Under the pieces are notes generated by a model that was given only the letters and a program-made list of their open reading frames with translations, had not been told where the DNA came from and did no database searches. Below, piece after piece: positions 25,687-36,737 of a DNA stretch of 64,000 nucleotides. Positions within the stretch are counted from its first letter, which is position 1; every line of letters starts with the position of its first letter. This DNA comes from a virus. The stretch lies in IMG/VR virus record IMGVR_UViG_3300045988_025287, positions 37,747 through 101,746 of that record; one strand, 5' to 3'. Position numbers and translations under genes: made by a program.

Positions 25687-26202
25687 ATGAAATCATATAC
25701 ATTTACATTACCGAAAAATACTAAGAGTGCAAAAACATATAAAGAGTCTTTAATGGAACGAGTAATTAATGCTTATCCTTGGATGACTGTAGAAAGTAAG
25801 AGTGATTATCCTTCTTGTAGCTATGGCATTGAATATGCAGGTGCAGGTGATATCATTACTTTAGGTTTAAGTAAGACTCATAATATTGGATGGTTACCGA
25901 AGGAATGTGCTAATTGTCCGTTTAAGTGTTGGGGAGATAATGTAATTAATTTCGATTTAGAAACAGAATTCTTCAAGGCAATTAACGCACTTGATATTTA
26001 TGCAAAGGAACATTGTCCGTTTGATGTTGACTATGACTTTAAAGATGAGTTTGGTACTCCGGTTAAAATCTTTGATAACTTCGTACAGATTGGTTATGAA
26101 GTAATTCCTATTGCATTTGGTTCTTTGAACTATTTGAAACCGAAGACAAAGAAAACTATTATTGATATCACGATTAATATTAAGAAACGTGGTTTGTTTT
26201 AA
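25687..26202 (+). CDS. hypothetical Cys-containing protein (171 aa)
   Basis: ORF track. Confidence 0.55.
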   Translation: MKSYTFTLPKNTKSAKTYKESLMERVINAYPWMTVESKSDYPSCSYGIEYAGAGDIITLGLSKTHNIGWLPKECANCPFKCWGDNVINFDLETEFFKAINALDIYAKEHCPFDVDYDFKDEFGTPVKIFDNFVQIGYEVIPIAFGSLNYLKPKTKKTIIDITINIKKRGLF

Positions 26203-26223
26203 TTAAAATATCTTATTCCATTT

Positions 26224-26251
26224 TATCAGAAATTATCAGAACTTTATCAGA
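26224..26251 (+). promoter_or_regulatory. phased TATCAGA repeats (3 copies, 10-11 nt spacing)
   Basis: TATCAGAAATTATCAGAACTTTATCAGA lies 26 nt upstream of the 26277 ATG. The first 18 nt are identical to 18084-18101. Confidence 0.45.
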
Positions 26252-26276
26252 GGAATACAAAAAAATAAAAGCTTTT

Positions 26277-27017
26277 ATGATTGTATTACCAAAAGAAAAA
26301 GTAAAAGCTAAAGTAGAAAATCCTAGATTTTTAATAATTTTTGGTCGTCCTAAATCAGGAAAAACTACTTTAGCAGCGGCTCTAGATAATAACCTTATTA
26401 TTGACTTAGAAGGTGGTTCAGAGTTTTTAGAGGCATTAGCAATTCAAGCTAGATCAGTAAATGAACTAGGAGATATAGCGAATGCCATTAGAGAAGAAAT
26501 TAAAATATCAGGTAGTAAGCCATATAAGTATATTACTATAGATAATGCTACACGTCTTGAAGAAATGTGCATGAGTTTCGCAATTCAACTTTACAAAAAT
26601 ACTCAAATGGGAAAGCGTTATGAAGGTACAGACTTAAGAACCTTACCAAATGGGGCAGGTTATTTATACATAAGACAAGCTGTAAGAAAAGTTATTGATA
26701 TGTTCCGTGGTTTATGCGACAATTTTATCCTTATTGGTCATACTAAGGATAAATTAATTAACAAAAACGGACAAGAATTATCAGAGATGTCTCTTGATTT
26801 AGTGGGTGCATTAGCAAATATTATATGTGGCGAAGCAGATGCTGTTGGCTATGTATATAGAAAGAAGAATGAGACACATATCTCATTTGAAGGCGGAGAT
26901 AATTCTGTTATTGAAGCTAGAGCGCCTCATTTAAGAGGGAAGAATATAGTAATAGCAGAAAGCGATGAAAACAATAACATTACTGCTTATTGGAATAAAG
27001 TTTATTTACCTGAATAA
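26277..27017 (+). CDS. AAA_24/Sak4-like P-loop ATPase
   Basis: Walker A FLIIFGRPKSGKTTLA. Size and layout typical of phage nucleotide-binding (AAA_24) proteins. Confidence 0.7.
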   Translation: MIVLPKEKVKAKVENPRFLIIFGRPKSGKTTLAAALDNNLIIDLEGGSEFLEALAIQARSVNELGDIANAIREEIKISGSKPYKYITIDNATRLEEMCMSFAIQLYKNTQMGKRYEGTDLRTLPNGAGYLYIRQAVRKVIDMFRGLCDNFILIGHTKDKLINKNGQELSEMSLDLVGALANIICGEADAVGYVYRKKNETHISFEGGDNSVIEARAPHLRGKNIVIAESDENNNITAYWNKVYLPE

Positions 27018-27033
27018 TTAAAAATAAGATATT

Positions 27034-27663
27034 ATGATATTTAGTACAGAATTAGCAAATGAAGTAAAGTTGTCAGATAATAGTAATAACACTAAATACT
27101 TAGAAGCAGGTATTCATGACAACGTTAAGTTTGTATCCGCAAAATTTGCAGAGTCTCCTACAGGGAAGAAGTTCATTGAATTTACTTTTGAAAAAGATGG
27201 TAAGAGTCTTGTTCATACAGAATGGGAACCAGCTGTTCGCGAAGGTGATACTGAAGAACAGAATCAGAGTAAAGCTACTAACCAGGTAACTCGTATTATG
27301 CGTATACTTAAGTGTTTCTATCCTAAGAATGTATTAGCATTCAGTGGTAGTTCTTATAAAGAATTTGCCAATTGGGTAGTAACAATGCTTAATAGTGCTA
27401 ATAAAGATATTTTACTTAAAGTAAAAATAGTTTATAATGATAAGGGTTATACTACACTTCCTAGTTATGTTAAGTTTGCCTCTATTGAGCCTATGAATAT
27501 TCCTATGGGTTTCTATGAAGAAGGTAAGAATGAAAGCATGATTAGAGAAATTACAGGTATTGATCAGTTTACTAAGCCGATTGTTGCAGATAAGGAAGAT
27601 AAGGAGGTTAATCCTCTTACTACTACTGTAAGTGATCAGCCTAGTGATGATCTACCTTTCTAA
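27034..27663 (+). CDS. single-stranded DNA-binding protein-like
   Basis: C-terminal acidic tip SDDLPF matches the SSB tail motif (DDDIPF). Lies between the ATPase and primase. Confidence 0.55.
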   Translation: MIFSTELANEVKLSDNSNNTKYLEAGIHDNVKFVSAKFAESPTGKKFIEFTFEKDGKSLVHTEWEPAVREGDTEEQNQSKATNQVTRIMRILKCFYPKNVLAFSGSSYKEFANWVVTMLNSANKDILLKVKIVYNDKGYTTLPSYVKFASIEPMNIPMGFYEEGKNESMIREITGIDQFTKPIVADKEDKEVNPLTTTVSDQPSDDLPF

Positions 27664-27712
27664 TTTTGTAGATAATCCTATAAGCAGCCTACGCTAGGCA
27701 TAATATAGCGAT

Positions 27713-27872
27713 ACGTGAGTAGCATGCCGCTATGTGAGATAAGAAGCAATCGACGGTAATACGCCGAATGTAAGGTGTGACGGAGGTATCAAAATTCATA
27801 GAATAGGGATAGCATGCACTCACGTTTTTATGATAGTAATGGTTAATTAAGGTTCGATTCCTTGGCTATCAC
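27713..27872 (+). ncRNA. structured element plus tRNA-like acceptor/T-arm minihelix
   Basis: ACGTGAGTaGCATGC (27713) pairs with GCATGCACTCACGT (27812), followed by TTTTTA. Then TGATAGT..TAAGG-TTCGATT-CCTTG-GCTATCA forms a T arm plus acceptor with no D or anticodon arms. Shares ACGCCGAAT (27761) with the 8.2 kb island. Confidence 0.35.
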
Positions 27873-27886
27873 TAAAAATATATCAT

Positions 27887-28858
27887 ATGGTTTACGATAC
27901 AACAAAGATAAAAGATAATGTGAGTATTACTTTAGATTGGATATTATCTAAAGTAACTGAGTATGATATATATGCAGCGTACATTGGTAATTTTAAAGTA
28001 GGTATGATATATAATTCACCATTAAGAAAGGATAAGACACCTTCTTTTGGATGTTATTATAGTAAAAAAACTAAACAGTTAATGTTTAAAGACCATGGTA
28101 CTGGAGAATGTGGTAATGTAATTAAATTTGTATCACTATTCACAGGACTAACTAACTATTCAGATATACTTAATGATATAGTTAATAAACTTAAAATTAC
28201 TAATGATACGAAACTCGTTAGCTCTAAGCAATATATACCGTCAACAGAGACAGTAATTGGTATTGTAAGACAAGACTTTACTCTAACAGATATCAATTAC
28301 TGGTCTCAGTTTAATATTTCTACTACTACTCTAAAGAAATTTGGAGTAAGTAGTATAAAATATTATCTATGTAACGGAGTTGTAAAGGGTATTTACAAGG
28401 ATAGTAATCCTATGTATGCTTATAAGGTCTATAACAATTTTAAGATATATAGACCTTTAGCAGATAAATATACAAAGTGGCGTAATAACCTGACTGAGAA
28501 CGACATTCAGGGGTTTAAACAGTTACCTAAAACTGGAGATATACTCATTATTACAAAGAGTATGAAAGACGTCATGTGTTTATATGAGATGGGTATTCCA
28601 GCAATAAGCCCATCATCAGAGTCTACATTTATCCCACAGAAATGTTTAGATATTCTCAAGAAGAGATTTAAGCATATTATTATAATATATGATCGTGATA
28701 AAGCTGGATTTCAAAATGTACGAAAAATTATGAGTAAATATAAATTAGACTTTCTGTTTATTCATAAGAAATTTAAATCTAAAGATATTTCAGATGCTGT
28801 TAAAAATAATTCATTCTTAGAAGTAAAAAACTGGATAAATAATGAACTAAATAAATAA
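27887..28858 (+). CDS. DNA primase (zinc-binding N-terminus plus Toprim)
   Basis: PSFGCYY..FKDHGTGECGNVIKF zinc-finger-like region. Toprim GDILIITKSMKDV..IIIIYDRDKAG. Confidence 0.75.
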   Translation: MVYDTTKIKDNVSITLDWILSKVTEYDIYAAYIGNFKVGMIYNSPLRKDKTPSFGCYYSKKTKQLMFKDHGTGECGNVIKFVSLFTGLTNYSDILNDIVNKLKITNDTKLVSSKQYIPSTETVIGIVRQDFTLTDINYWSQFNISTTTLKKFGVSSIKYYLCNGVVKGIYKDSNPMYAYKVYNNFKIYRPLADKYTKWRNNLTENDIQGFKQLPKTGDILIITKSMKDVMCLYEMGIPAISPSSESTFIPQKCLDILKKRFKHIIIIYDRDKAGFQNVRKIMSKYKLDFLFIHKKFKSKDISDAVKNNSFLEVKNWINNELNK

Positions 28859-28894
28859 ATTTACGTTATCTGGTATATATAGATTCAATGTTTT

Positions 28895-29458
28895 ATGAGA
28901 AAAGATATAAATGGATATAAATATTATTATATAACTGATACCGGTGAAATTTATTCAAAGAATAGACAAGTAGAAATACTAAATCCGAACACAAAACAAT
29001 TAATGACTTTTACTAAAAAAGGAAGAAAACTAGCAAAAAAGATTAATAATTCTGGATATTATGAGGTATGTTTATTTGAAAATAACACTAAGAAATATTA
29101 TTTGGTACATAGATTAGTTGCACAAACATTCATACCAAATCCTAATAATTTACCACAAGTAAATCATAAGGATGAAGATAAATTAAATAATTCAATAGAT
29201 AATTTAGAATGGTGTACTAGTACGTATAACCATTCTTATGGAACTGGTAATATTAGAAGAAAAGTTAATCAAAAAGCAAAAGCAGTAGTACAATATACTA
29301 CTAATAACTCATATATTAATTCTTTTTTTAGCATAAAAGAAGCAGAAAGAGTTACAGGAATTAAGTCTTATAATATATCTGCAGTTTGTAAGAATAAGAG
29401 AAAAACAGCAGGTGGCTATATTTGGAGTTATGAAAAATTAGATAAACAAGAAAGTTAA
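28895..29458 (+). CDS. free-standing HNH homing endonuclease (NUMOD4/HNH_3/NUMOD1 layout)
   Basis: VHRLVAQTFIPNPNNLPQVNHKDEDKLNNSIDNLEWCT (HNH). C-terminal ITGIKSYNISAVCKNKRKTAGGYIW. Confidence 0.8.
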   Translation: MRKDINGYKYYYITDTGEIYSKNRQVEILNPNTKQLMTFTKKGRKLAKKINNSGYYEVCLFENNTKKYYLVHRLVAQTFIPNPNNLPQVNHKDEDKLNNSIDNLEWCTSTYNHSYGTGNIRRKVNQKAKAVVQYTTNNSYINSFFSIKEAERVTGIKSYNISAVCKNKRKTAGGYIWSYEKLDKQES

Positions 29459-29807
29459 AAATGCTACTAAAGTAGAATTAGACGGAATCTGTTTTCGATC
29501 TAAACTTGAAGCATATACGTATAGTAAATTAAAAGAAGCAAATATTAAAGTCTATTATGAAAATAAACGCTATACATTATTACCTAAATTCGAATTTCAC
29601 GGTAAAAAAATAAGAGCAATTACATATTTGCCTGATTTTATAGGAAAAGAATTTGTAATTGAGTGTAAAGGTTACAGAACAGATACATGGCCTTTACGTG
29701 AGAAACTATTTAATTACTATCTATATAATTTTGAACCTAATATGAGCTTTTATATAGTTCACAATCAGAAGGAGGTAGATGAGTTAATAAAAAAACTAAA
29801 GAAATGA
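29430..29807 (+). CDS. DUF1064-like (putative nuclease/resolvase-like) protein, TAG at codon 4
   Basis: Not in the ORF track. ATG AAA AAT TAG ATA.. reads MKNqINKKVKNATKVELDGICFRSKLEAYTYSKL..ITYLPDFIGKEFVIECKG.. and ends at TGA 29805-29807. There is no alternative ATG/GTG/TTG start after the TAG for about 100 codons. Confidence 0.6.
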
Positions 29808-29855
29808 TACTATTTTATAGTATAATTATATATAAATTAACTAAAACTTTATACC

Positions 29856-30518
29856 ATGAAAATCTGCGCAATAAGTGATGTACATGGTCATTTAATTAAT
29901 ATACCAGAATGTGACGTATTATGCATAGCAGGAGATATAGTAAATCTACTTGCTCAGAGAAGTAACGAAGAATCAGATAAATTCTGGTCTATTACTTTTG
30001 TCAATTGGGTAGACAAATTACCGTGTAAAAAGGTAATTGTAGTTCCAGGAAATCATGATATTTATATAGAAAATCTTATTAATGATATTGTAAAGGATTT
30101 GAGTTGGCAAGATTTTAAGACTAAGATATCAACTTTAACTAATGATAAAGTAGTATTTCTTGTTGATGAGTTATATGAATATGAAGGAATAACCTTTTAT
30201 GGAACTCCTTGGATAGCTCCTATACATTGGCAAACGTGGGCATTTGAAGATATTCAGAATGAATACGATGAGTATATATGCCCATATGAAAAGATACAAA
30301 ACTGTGATATACTTATTACTCATGAAAATCCTAATTATAATGAAAAGCTTGAACATTACTGTTTTGGTAAGTATAAGCATCATTTTTTTGGGCATTGGCA
30401 TGATGGTGTATCATATGGTCATTTAAATCAATATAATTGTAGTATATTAACTGATAGTTATCTTGAAAGAGAAAGACCTAAAATAGTAACTATAGAATTA
30501 AGTAAGAATGATTATTGA
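29856..30518 (+). CDS. calcineurin-like metallophosphoesterase
   Basis: Motifs ISDVHGH, AGDIV, PGNHD, THENP, GHWH. Confidence 0.8.
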   Translation: MKICAISDVHGHLINIPECDVLCIAGDIVNLLAQRSNEESDKFWSITFVNWVDKLPCKKVIVVPGNHDIYIENLINDIVKDLSWQDFKTKISTLTNDKVVFLVDELYEYEGITFYGTPWIAPIHWQTWAFEDIQNEYDEYICPYEKIQNCDILITHENPNYNEKLEHYCFGKYKHHFFGHWHDGVSYGHLNQYNCSILTDSYLERERPKIVTIELSKNDY

Positions 30519-31488
30519 TTGTGAATATTATTCTGATAACACACGTATTTCCAATTCTGCTATTGGTTGGTTCTTGAAGAAAGGACCACGTTTCTATCGA
30601 GATATGATAGATGGAAAGGAAGAAGGATTAAAACTTCCTCAGCTCGAAAGGGGTACTATGATTCATGAATATATACTTCAACCAGAGGATTTCTGGAATG
30701 ATTATATAATTCTTGATTATGAAGTGCCTAAAGTAAAACAACAAAAAGATTTCTGTGAGACTTATGCTAATTCATTAGAACTCATAGAAGACGATAAAAA
30801 GATTGCTGCATACAAATCTGCATACAGTAATTCAAAAAGCTCTGAAACCGTCTTAAAAGAAGCTACAGAGCTATGTAATCGTTATGCTGATTATATTAAA
30901 GCATTACAAAGTAAAAAAGATAATCGTAAAGTAATATCTTTTGCTGATTTAAATATGCTTAAAAATATTAAGAATAATATTGATAATCATAAGAAGGCAA
31001 AAGAGTTATTAGAAGATATTCCTGGAGTAGAATCTCATAATGAGTTTCATATTAACTGGGAATTACCTGTTGATGATTGGGTTGCGCCTTGTAAGTCTTT
31101 ACTTGATAGATGTATATTCGATCATATAAATAAGAAGATTACTTTAATCGACTTAAAAACAACTAGTGATGTCTATAATTTTAAACATTCTGTAGAAGAG
31201 TTTGATTATTATAGACAGATAACTTATTACTTGCTTGCAATTAGTTGGTACATGAAAGATCAAGGAATTGATATTTCAGATTATGATTGTGAAGCATATA
31301 TTATTGCTATTCAAACGAATGGTAATAATGAAGTGAGAGTATTTAACATGTTTAATGAATTAGAGTTAGATAGTCGTAAGGACCTTATTGTCAAAACTTT
31401 AACAGAACTATCATATCATTATCAGACAGGTAATTGGGACCATACTCGTAAATATTACGAAGAAGATGGTACTGAAGAACTTGAATGA
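30508..31488 (+). CDS. PD-(D/E)XK (RecB/Cas4-like) exonuclease
   Basis: D..(19 aa)..IDLKT core (LLDRCIFDH..ITLIDLKTTSD), followed by YYRQITYY. Confidence 0.65.
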   Translation: MIIDCEYYSDNTRISNSAIGWFLKKGPRFYRDMIDGKEEGLKLPQLERGTMIHEYILQPEDFWNDYIILDYEVPKVKQQKDFCETYANSLELIEDDKKIAAYKSAYSNSKSSETVLKEATELCNRYADYIKALQSKKDNRKVISFADLNMLKNIKNNIDNHKKAKELLEDIPGVESHNEFHINWELPVDDWVAPCKSLLDRCIFDHINKKITLIDLKTTSDVYNFKHSVEEFDYYRQITYYLLAISWYMKDQGIDISDYDCEAYIIAIQTNGNNEVRVFNMFNELELDSRKDLIVKTLTELSYHYQTGNWDHTRKYYEEDGTEELE

Positions 31489-31966
31489 TGTAAGTATTTA
31501 TATAGTTCCATTATGTGATGATAATATTACGTGGAGAGATTTAACTGTAGAAAGTGGATTTATAAATGCTTTTACATCTGATAAAAATAGACCTTTTCTA
31601 GAAGATAAGGTCTTTCTTGTTTATGATAGTAGTGTAAACACTATTGAGTCTCTTGAAACACACTGTAAATTATCCAGGTTAGACTCTTACTATAATAAAC
31701 GGTATATAACTATTAACAAAAGACATTATACTGTTTATTGTCTGAGTAATCCTAAGTATAATAAAGATATTAAACGTCTTCGTAATAATGGTAAACCTTC
31801 TACTCTAGATGCCATGCTAGAGATTAATAGATTTTGGCAAGGTATAAAAGTGCCAGAATTAGAAAGAAGGTTATTCTATAGCTGGTATAGATTTGGTGAC
31901 TCTATAGAAGCAGAATTACCAGAAGAAGACTACTATAGTTATGAAGATATTGGTGAGTCTTTATAA
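31466..31966 (+). CDS. hypothetical protein (166 aa), last gene of the plus-strand arm
   Basis: ORF track. Confidence 0.55.
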   Translation: MVLKNLNDVSIYIVPLCDDNITWRDLTVESGFINAFTSDKNRPFLEDKVFLVYDSSVNTIESLETHCKLSRLDSYYNKRYITINKRHYTVYCLSNPKYNKDIKRLRNNGKPSTLDAMLEINRFWQGIKVPELERRLFYSWYRFGDSIEAELPEEDYYSYEDIGESL

Positions 31967-31971
31967 CTAAA

Positions 31972-32001
31972 AAGCCTACTGATTTAATAGTCAGTAGGCT
32001 T
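31972..32001. terminator. bidirectional terminator between the convergent arms
   Basis: 11-bp stem AAGCCTACTGA/TCAGTAGGCTT with loop TTTAATAG, flanked by an A-run (left) and a T-run (right). Confidence 0.7.
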
Positions 32002-32049
32002 ATCTTTTTATTAGTGCATTTAAACTAATTGAGAATTGATATAGAAACT

Positions 32050-35000
32050 TTAGAAGTTCATTAATTGATTCTGTAGGTAATTACGTTTTGATTTAGGATC
32101 TTGAGCTTCTACAATACTCTTAAACGGCGTTACTTTGATAATATTCTTAAGTATTACAGGCATACCTTTATATACTCCTCTATCTATTATAGTAAATGGA
32201 GTTCTATCTCCAATATATGAAGCAGGATTAATCAAGTTTATGAAACTACTAATATTATCAAACCAATTGAAAGCTGCTGTTGGAGATTTAATTAAAGCCA
32301 TAAATTCAAAAGGATTATACATAGTACGGAATTCAAATGCTGAACGCATAGCTAAATAAGTTATTGACTATGTTAACCAAGTATCATAATCATCATCACC
32401 ATCAACTACACTAGCTATAACGAGAGCTACTGCTGTAGATGCAGTAATAAGGACTAATTCATTTAATACTCTTCTAACAGCATATTGTTCATACTCTTGC
32501 ATATTATTATAATCAGCTAATAACTATTTAATAGCAAAATGTCTATTAGCTATAATATTCTTCAAGAATCTACCTGTAGATCTATAGTAACCTTCCTCTA
32601 TAGTTTGTAAATCTAAATTATACTGTTTAGGTTTGAATCTATCGTGTAATGCAGAAATCATAAAGTTACGATGTAATACTAAGTATGAAGCCATCGCATT
32701 GGCATGTACAGCAGCTTTATCAACTTCTCGGATAGTACCATCTATTCGTCTACTTATAATTTCAATTCTATTACGTACATCATTTAATAGTCTATCTGTA
32801 ATTAAAGATTTATATTTATCATCTACTACTACATCTCCATTTGGAAGTTCTATGTACGCATCATATAACGTAGTAGTAAGCTATTTAAATTCTACTGCTC
32901 CTTTCTTTCTATCATTAGAGTAGAATTTATCTATATACTATTGCTTTGACATAAAACCTTCATTATCAACTAGACGATAATTATGATAGATACTTAATAA
33001 AGTATGACTTTTAACAGTGTAATCAGACTACGTATATCCAGCAAACCAAAAATTTTGATTAATAGAACGTAATACCTAACTCTAGTCTAATCTATCAAAT
33101 AACTCTTTGTTATCTTTTACTACCTAATTAAGCATAAGTAAATAAGGTAATCTACCTTTAGGATTAGGATTACCTATGTTCTACATCATGTTAGGTAGTT
33201 CTCTAGCAAATTCAGATCTAGCAAAGTTTAAATCTTCTAAATCAAAATACCTACCCATCTTAGCTTCTAAAGTAGTATAAGTAGCATCAGTAAAGAAAGA
33301 AGTACCTATAGACCATAAGTTACCAGATAGGTTTACTTTAGTAACAAATCCTCTAACAATATCTAAGGCTTTACCAAAGTTAATATCATAACCTAATACG
33401 TTACCCTCAATAGGAGTTTTATTTCTACCATACATCAATCTATCTACTAACAACTATGACTATTTATATACATTAGTAGATCCAGGTCCTTTTAATTCTT
33501 TAGAGGTTCTTATAGATAACTATTTTAGTAAATTGAGCATTAATTCTACTTCATCTTGTTTAGCTGACATATTTTTATAATTAGCAGCCATATTGTAGAA
33601 CTGTACTACAGCAGATACAGCATCCGTAGATATACTATTTGTATCTTCTAAAGGAGTAATAAACCTAGTAGGTATTACTTTAATAGGATCTCCATTAGGC
33701 ATAGTAGAAAACTCTTTAACGAAATCTAAATCATCTTCTTTTGTTATAGCAAAATCTTCTACAGCATATTTTAACTTATTTAATATTCCATCTTTACGAT
33801 TCAATACCTACATAAACCTAGCTTCTATTTGTGGCATCATATTTTCATTACTATTAGTGAGGAATGATATAAAACTCATAGCCTCATTCATTATATTAGT
33901 AATTTCATCATATAATTCCTTTACTTCAGGTTTATTCATTACTTCGTTATAAGCTTTACTATTATCATAATATTTCTTGTTAGGCTAAATAGCAGGTCCA
34001 TTTTCATCAAATTCAGGATTGTACCACTCTGAAGATTCTAGTATTTTAGAATATTTACTAGATGGTACTATCTCTGTATACTACTGAGCAAATTCAGGTA
34101 GTGGTCTAAGCTCTGTATAATATGAAGCTGGATGCATAAATCCTCTTACATCTTCATAATGATTATTATTAAACCATTCATTATATGCTTGGACGCCTGC
34201 ATTTCTAGCCTATTCCATATCATGATAATACTATTCTGTATTTACTATTTCTGCAAAATTTGAGAATTTATCAGCTCCTTCTGTTTTTTGAGTAGCAGTA
34301 TATGCATTTGCTATATCTTGATCTAACTATAATAAGCTTCTTTTCTCATCATCGCTTAATGAATTAATGTCAATCTTATTGGTATGAGGATCCTTATATA
34401 AATTTTGTAATTGTCTTCTCCTATTACGCAGTTTCTAATAAGTACTTTCGGGATCTTTGTTAGCAGAATCAGATTCTAGGTTAGCTATTCTGTCATAGAA
34501 ATCTTGAGTATACCTAGTTACAGTATTTCTTTGTTTCCATAACTATACTTCAGCGGTTTCACCTCCATATCTTTCTATTACTTTAGCTAAATCCTTTTCA
34601 TACTTATCCTTATCAATATCATATTTAATATGTTTATTTACTTCTTCATGAAAAGCAGTTAATTCATCTGCTATTACTCTATCTATTCCAGTTTTTTCAC
34701 TACCGTCTATATTAAATATATTAGATAGTAATCTTTTTTGTTTACGTAAAGATTCTAGCTATTTGTATTCTGCTTCTGTAAGTAGGTTTTCATACTATAT
34801 ACCGTTAATAGTCATAGATTGTGTAATACCATCTATCATACTTTGGATCTCTCTTTCAGCATCTCTAGTCTTCATAGACAGCATCTTATTTCTAAGAATA
34901 TAATATTCAGCTTTGTATCTCCTTTGAGCTCTATCTGCATACCACTTAGTTAGTTCATCAAACCACTTCTTTTGTATATCTTCATTTTGCGGTAACACAT

Positions 35001-36726
35001 ACATGTTATTATTGTCTTTAGATATACCTAATTTTTCAGCTAATTTATCCATGAACTATCTCTGGTCACGCTTTAATTGACCATTATTCAGTGGGGATAC
35101 CTTATTACCAGAGTATGTACCATCGTCTAATTTTTCATATAATAGCTTCTATACATCATTACCGTATTTTTCTTTGGCTACACTTACTAATTTAACTAAT
35201 TTAATACCAACTTCCATAGTTTCTCTATCTGTGGCATTTTTAGCATCATTAAGCAATTTGGCTATAATCTATTGCACAGCATTATTACTATTACTAGACA
35301 TACCGAACCAATCCATGAACAAACTAGAATCATGTTTAGGATCATCTAGCCAGTTAATAGTATCTTGTATCATATTCTGTGGCATACCTAATTCTGTAAG
35401 ATACTATTGTAATGCACTATAACCTTTAGATTTAAGTACATTTATAAACTTATTATTAACATTGTCTATTTGTTGTGATAAGGTAGTAGCTAATTCTTTT
35501 ATATAACTATAATCAGGTTTATCTTTGAGTATATCAGTAGTATCAAACAGATACATTATATCATCCATAAGAGGCTTATAGAAGCCAATATAATCATTAG
35601 ATAACTATCTAATCTGTTTAGCACTAATATTCTTTGTAGGTTTACTTAAGAATTTAATACTATCGTTTATAGATTCATCAATATGCTATAAGAATTGATA
35701 TATACCTTCCTCTGTTTCAGAATTAGCCAGTTGCTATATTGTAGTCTATAGTTGATTCCACACTTTAGGATTCTTAACGGTGTATCTCTTAATAGAATTT
35801 AATCTGTCTTTTAAACCTTTCTATATCTTTTCATATAACTTAGTTACTTCGTTAATTACTCTCATATCCTCTTGAGGTATTGGAGTAAAGTCTTCTGGAT
35901 TATAAGTTACAGTTGACAATAATAACAATTCAGACATCAAAGGCTCACCATTTTTATCTATAGTTTTTATTGAAAGATTATTATTGAGATAATCTTCTAA
36001 ATACTCACCTTCTTTCAATACATACATTGGAATACCTCGAACATTACTGATAGTATCATCTATACTCTATTTCCACAATCTACTTTCATGTTCTTTTCCA
36101 CCTCTACTGATATTCCTTTTAATAAAATCTTCAGTTGACAAATTTATGATTTTAGTAAAATCTTGAGGAAATAATTTTAATAAGGTGTGAGGAGAAGCAA
36201 ATAGTACTTTATTCTATTTTTTTGCTTCTTCTTTAACTCTATTCCATTCATCTGTTATGAATTTTATATAATCTGGATGTTTTTCAGGATATATTAGATA
36301 TTCGTTTCTTGCAATTTTGTATTCAGGTGTTCCTTTCTTAGTATTAGAATGCTATTCTATCCATTTATCTCTTTTTGAATTAAATTCTACATCCCAGTCT
36401 ATAAATTTATCTTTGAACTTACCTTTTTCAAAAGAATATGTTTTACCTATTGCAGGATGGCCGAATATAACATCTGTAGATTTAATCTAATTATTATACC
36501 AGTTTCTAAAACTGTTAGAATATATTACAGCTTTAGCTTTAATAGCAGCGTCTCTATCATTATTATATTGTTTAAGTAAATCCTAAAATAGTATAGAAGG
36601 CTCCCCATTTGGAGCCTTATCTATACCATGACCATTATTCAAATCCCAGACAGTATATGCAACTTCTGGTACAACTCTTTCTAGTTCCTTCCATTCTGGA
36701 AGATTTTTATTTGGACATTTATACAT
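32050..36726 (-). CDS. large virion-associated protein (1,558 aa) with N-terminal P-loop; 36 in-frame TAG
   Basis: Fragments 32050.., 33181.., 33520.., 34795.. and 35821.. share one frame. I read the whole frame and found 36 TAG and no TAA/TGA. ATG at 36726..36724, TAA at 32052..32050. The N-terminus contains FGHPAIGKTYSF (Walker A-like). Confidence 0.75.
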
Positions 36727-36737
36727 ATTATCTGGAA

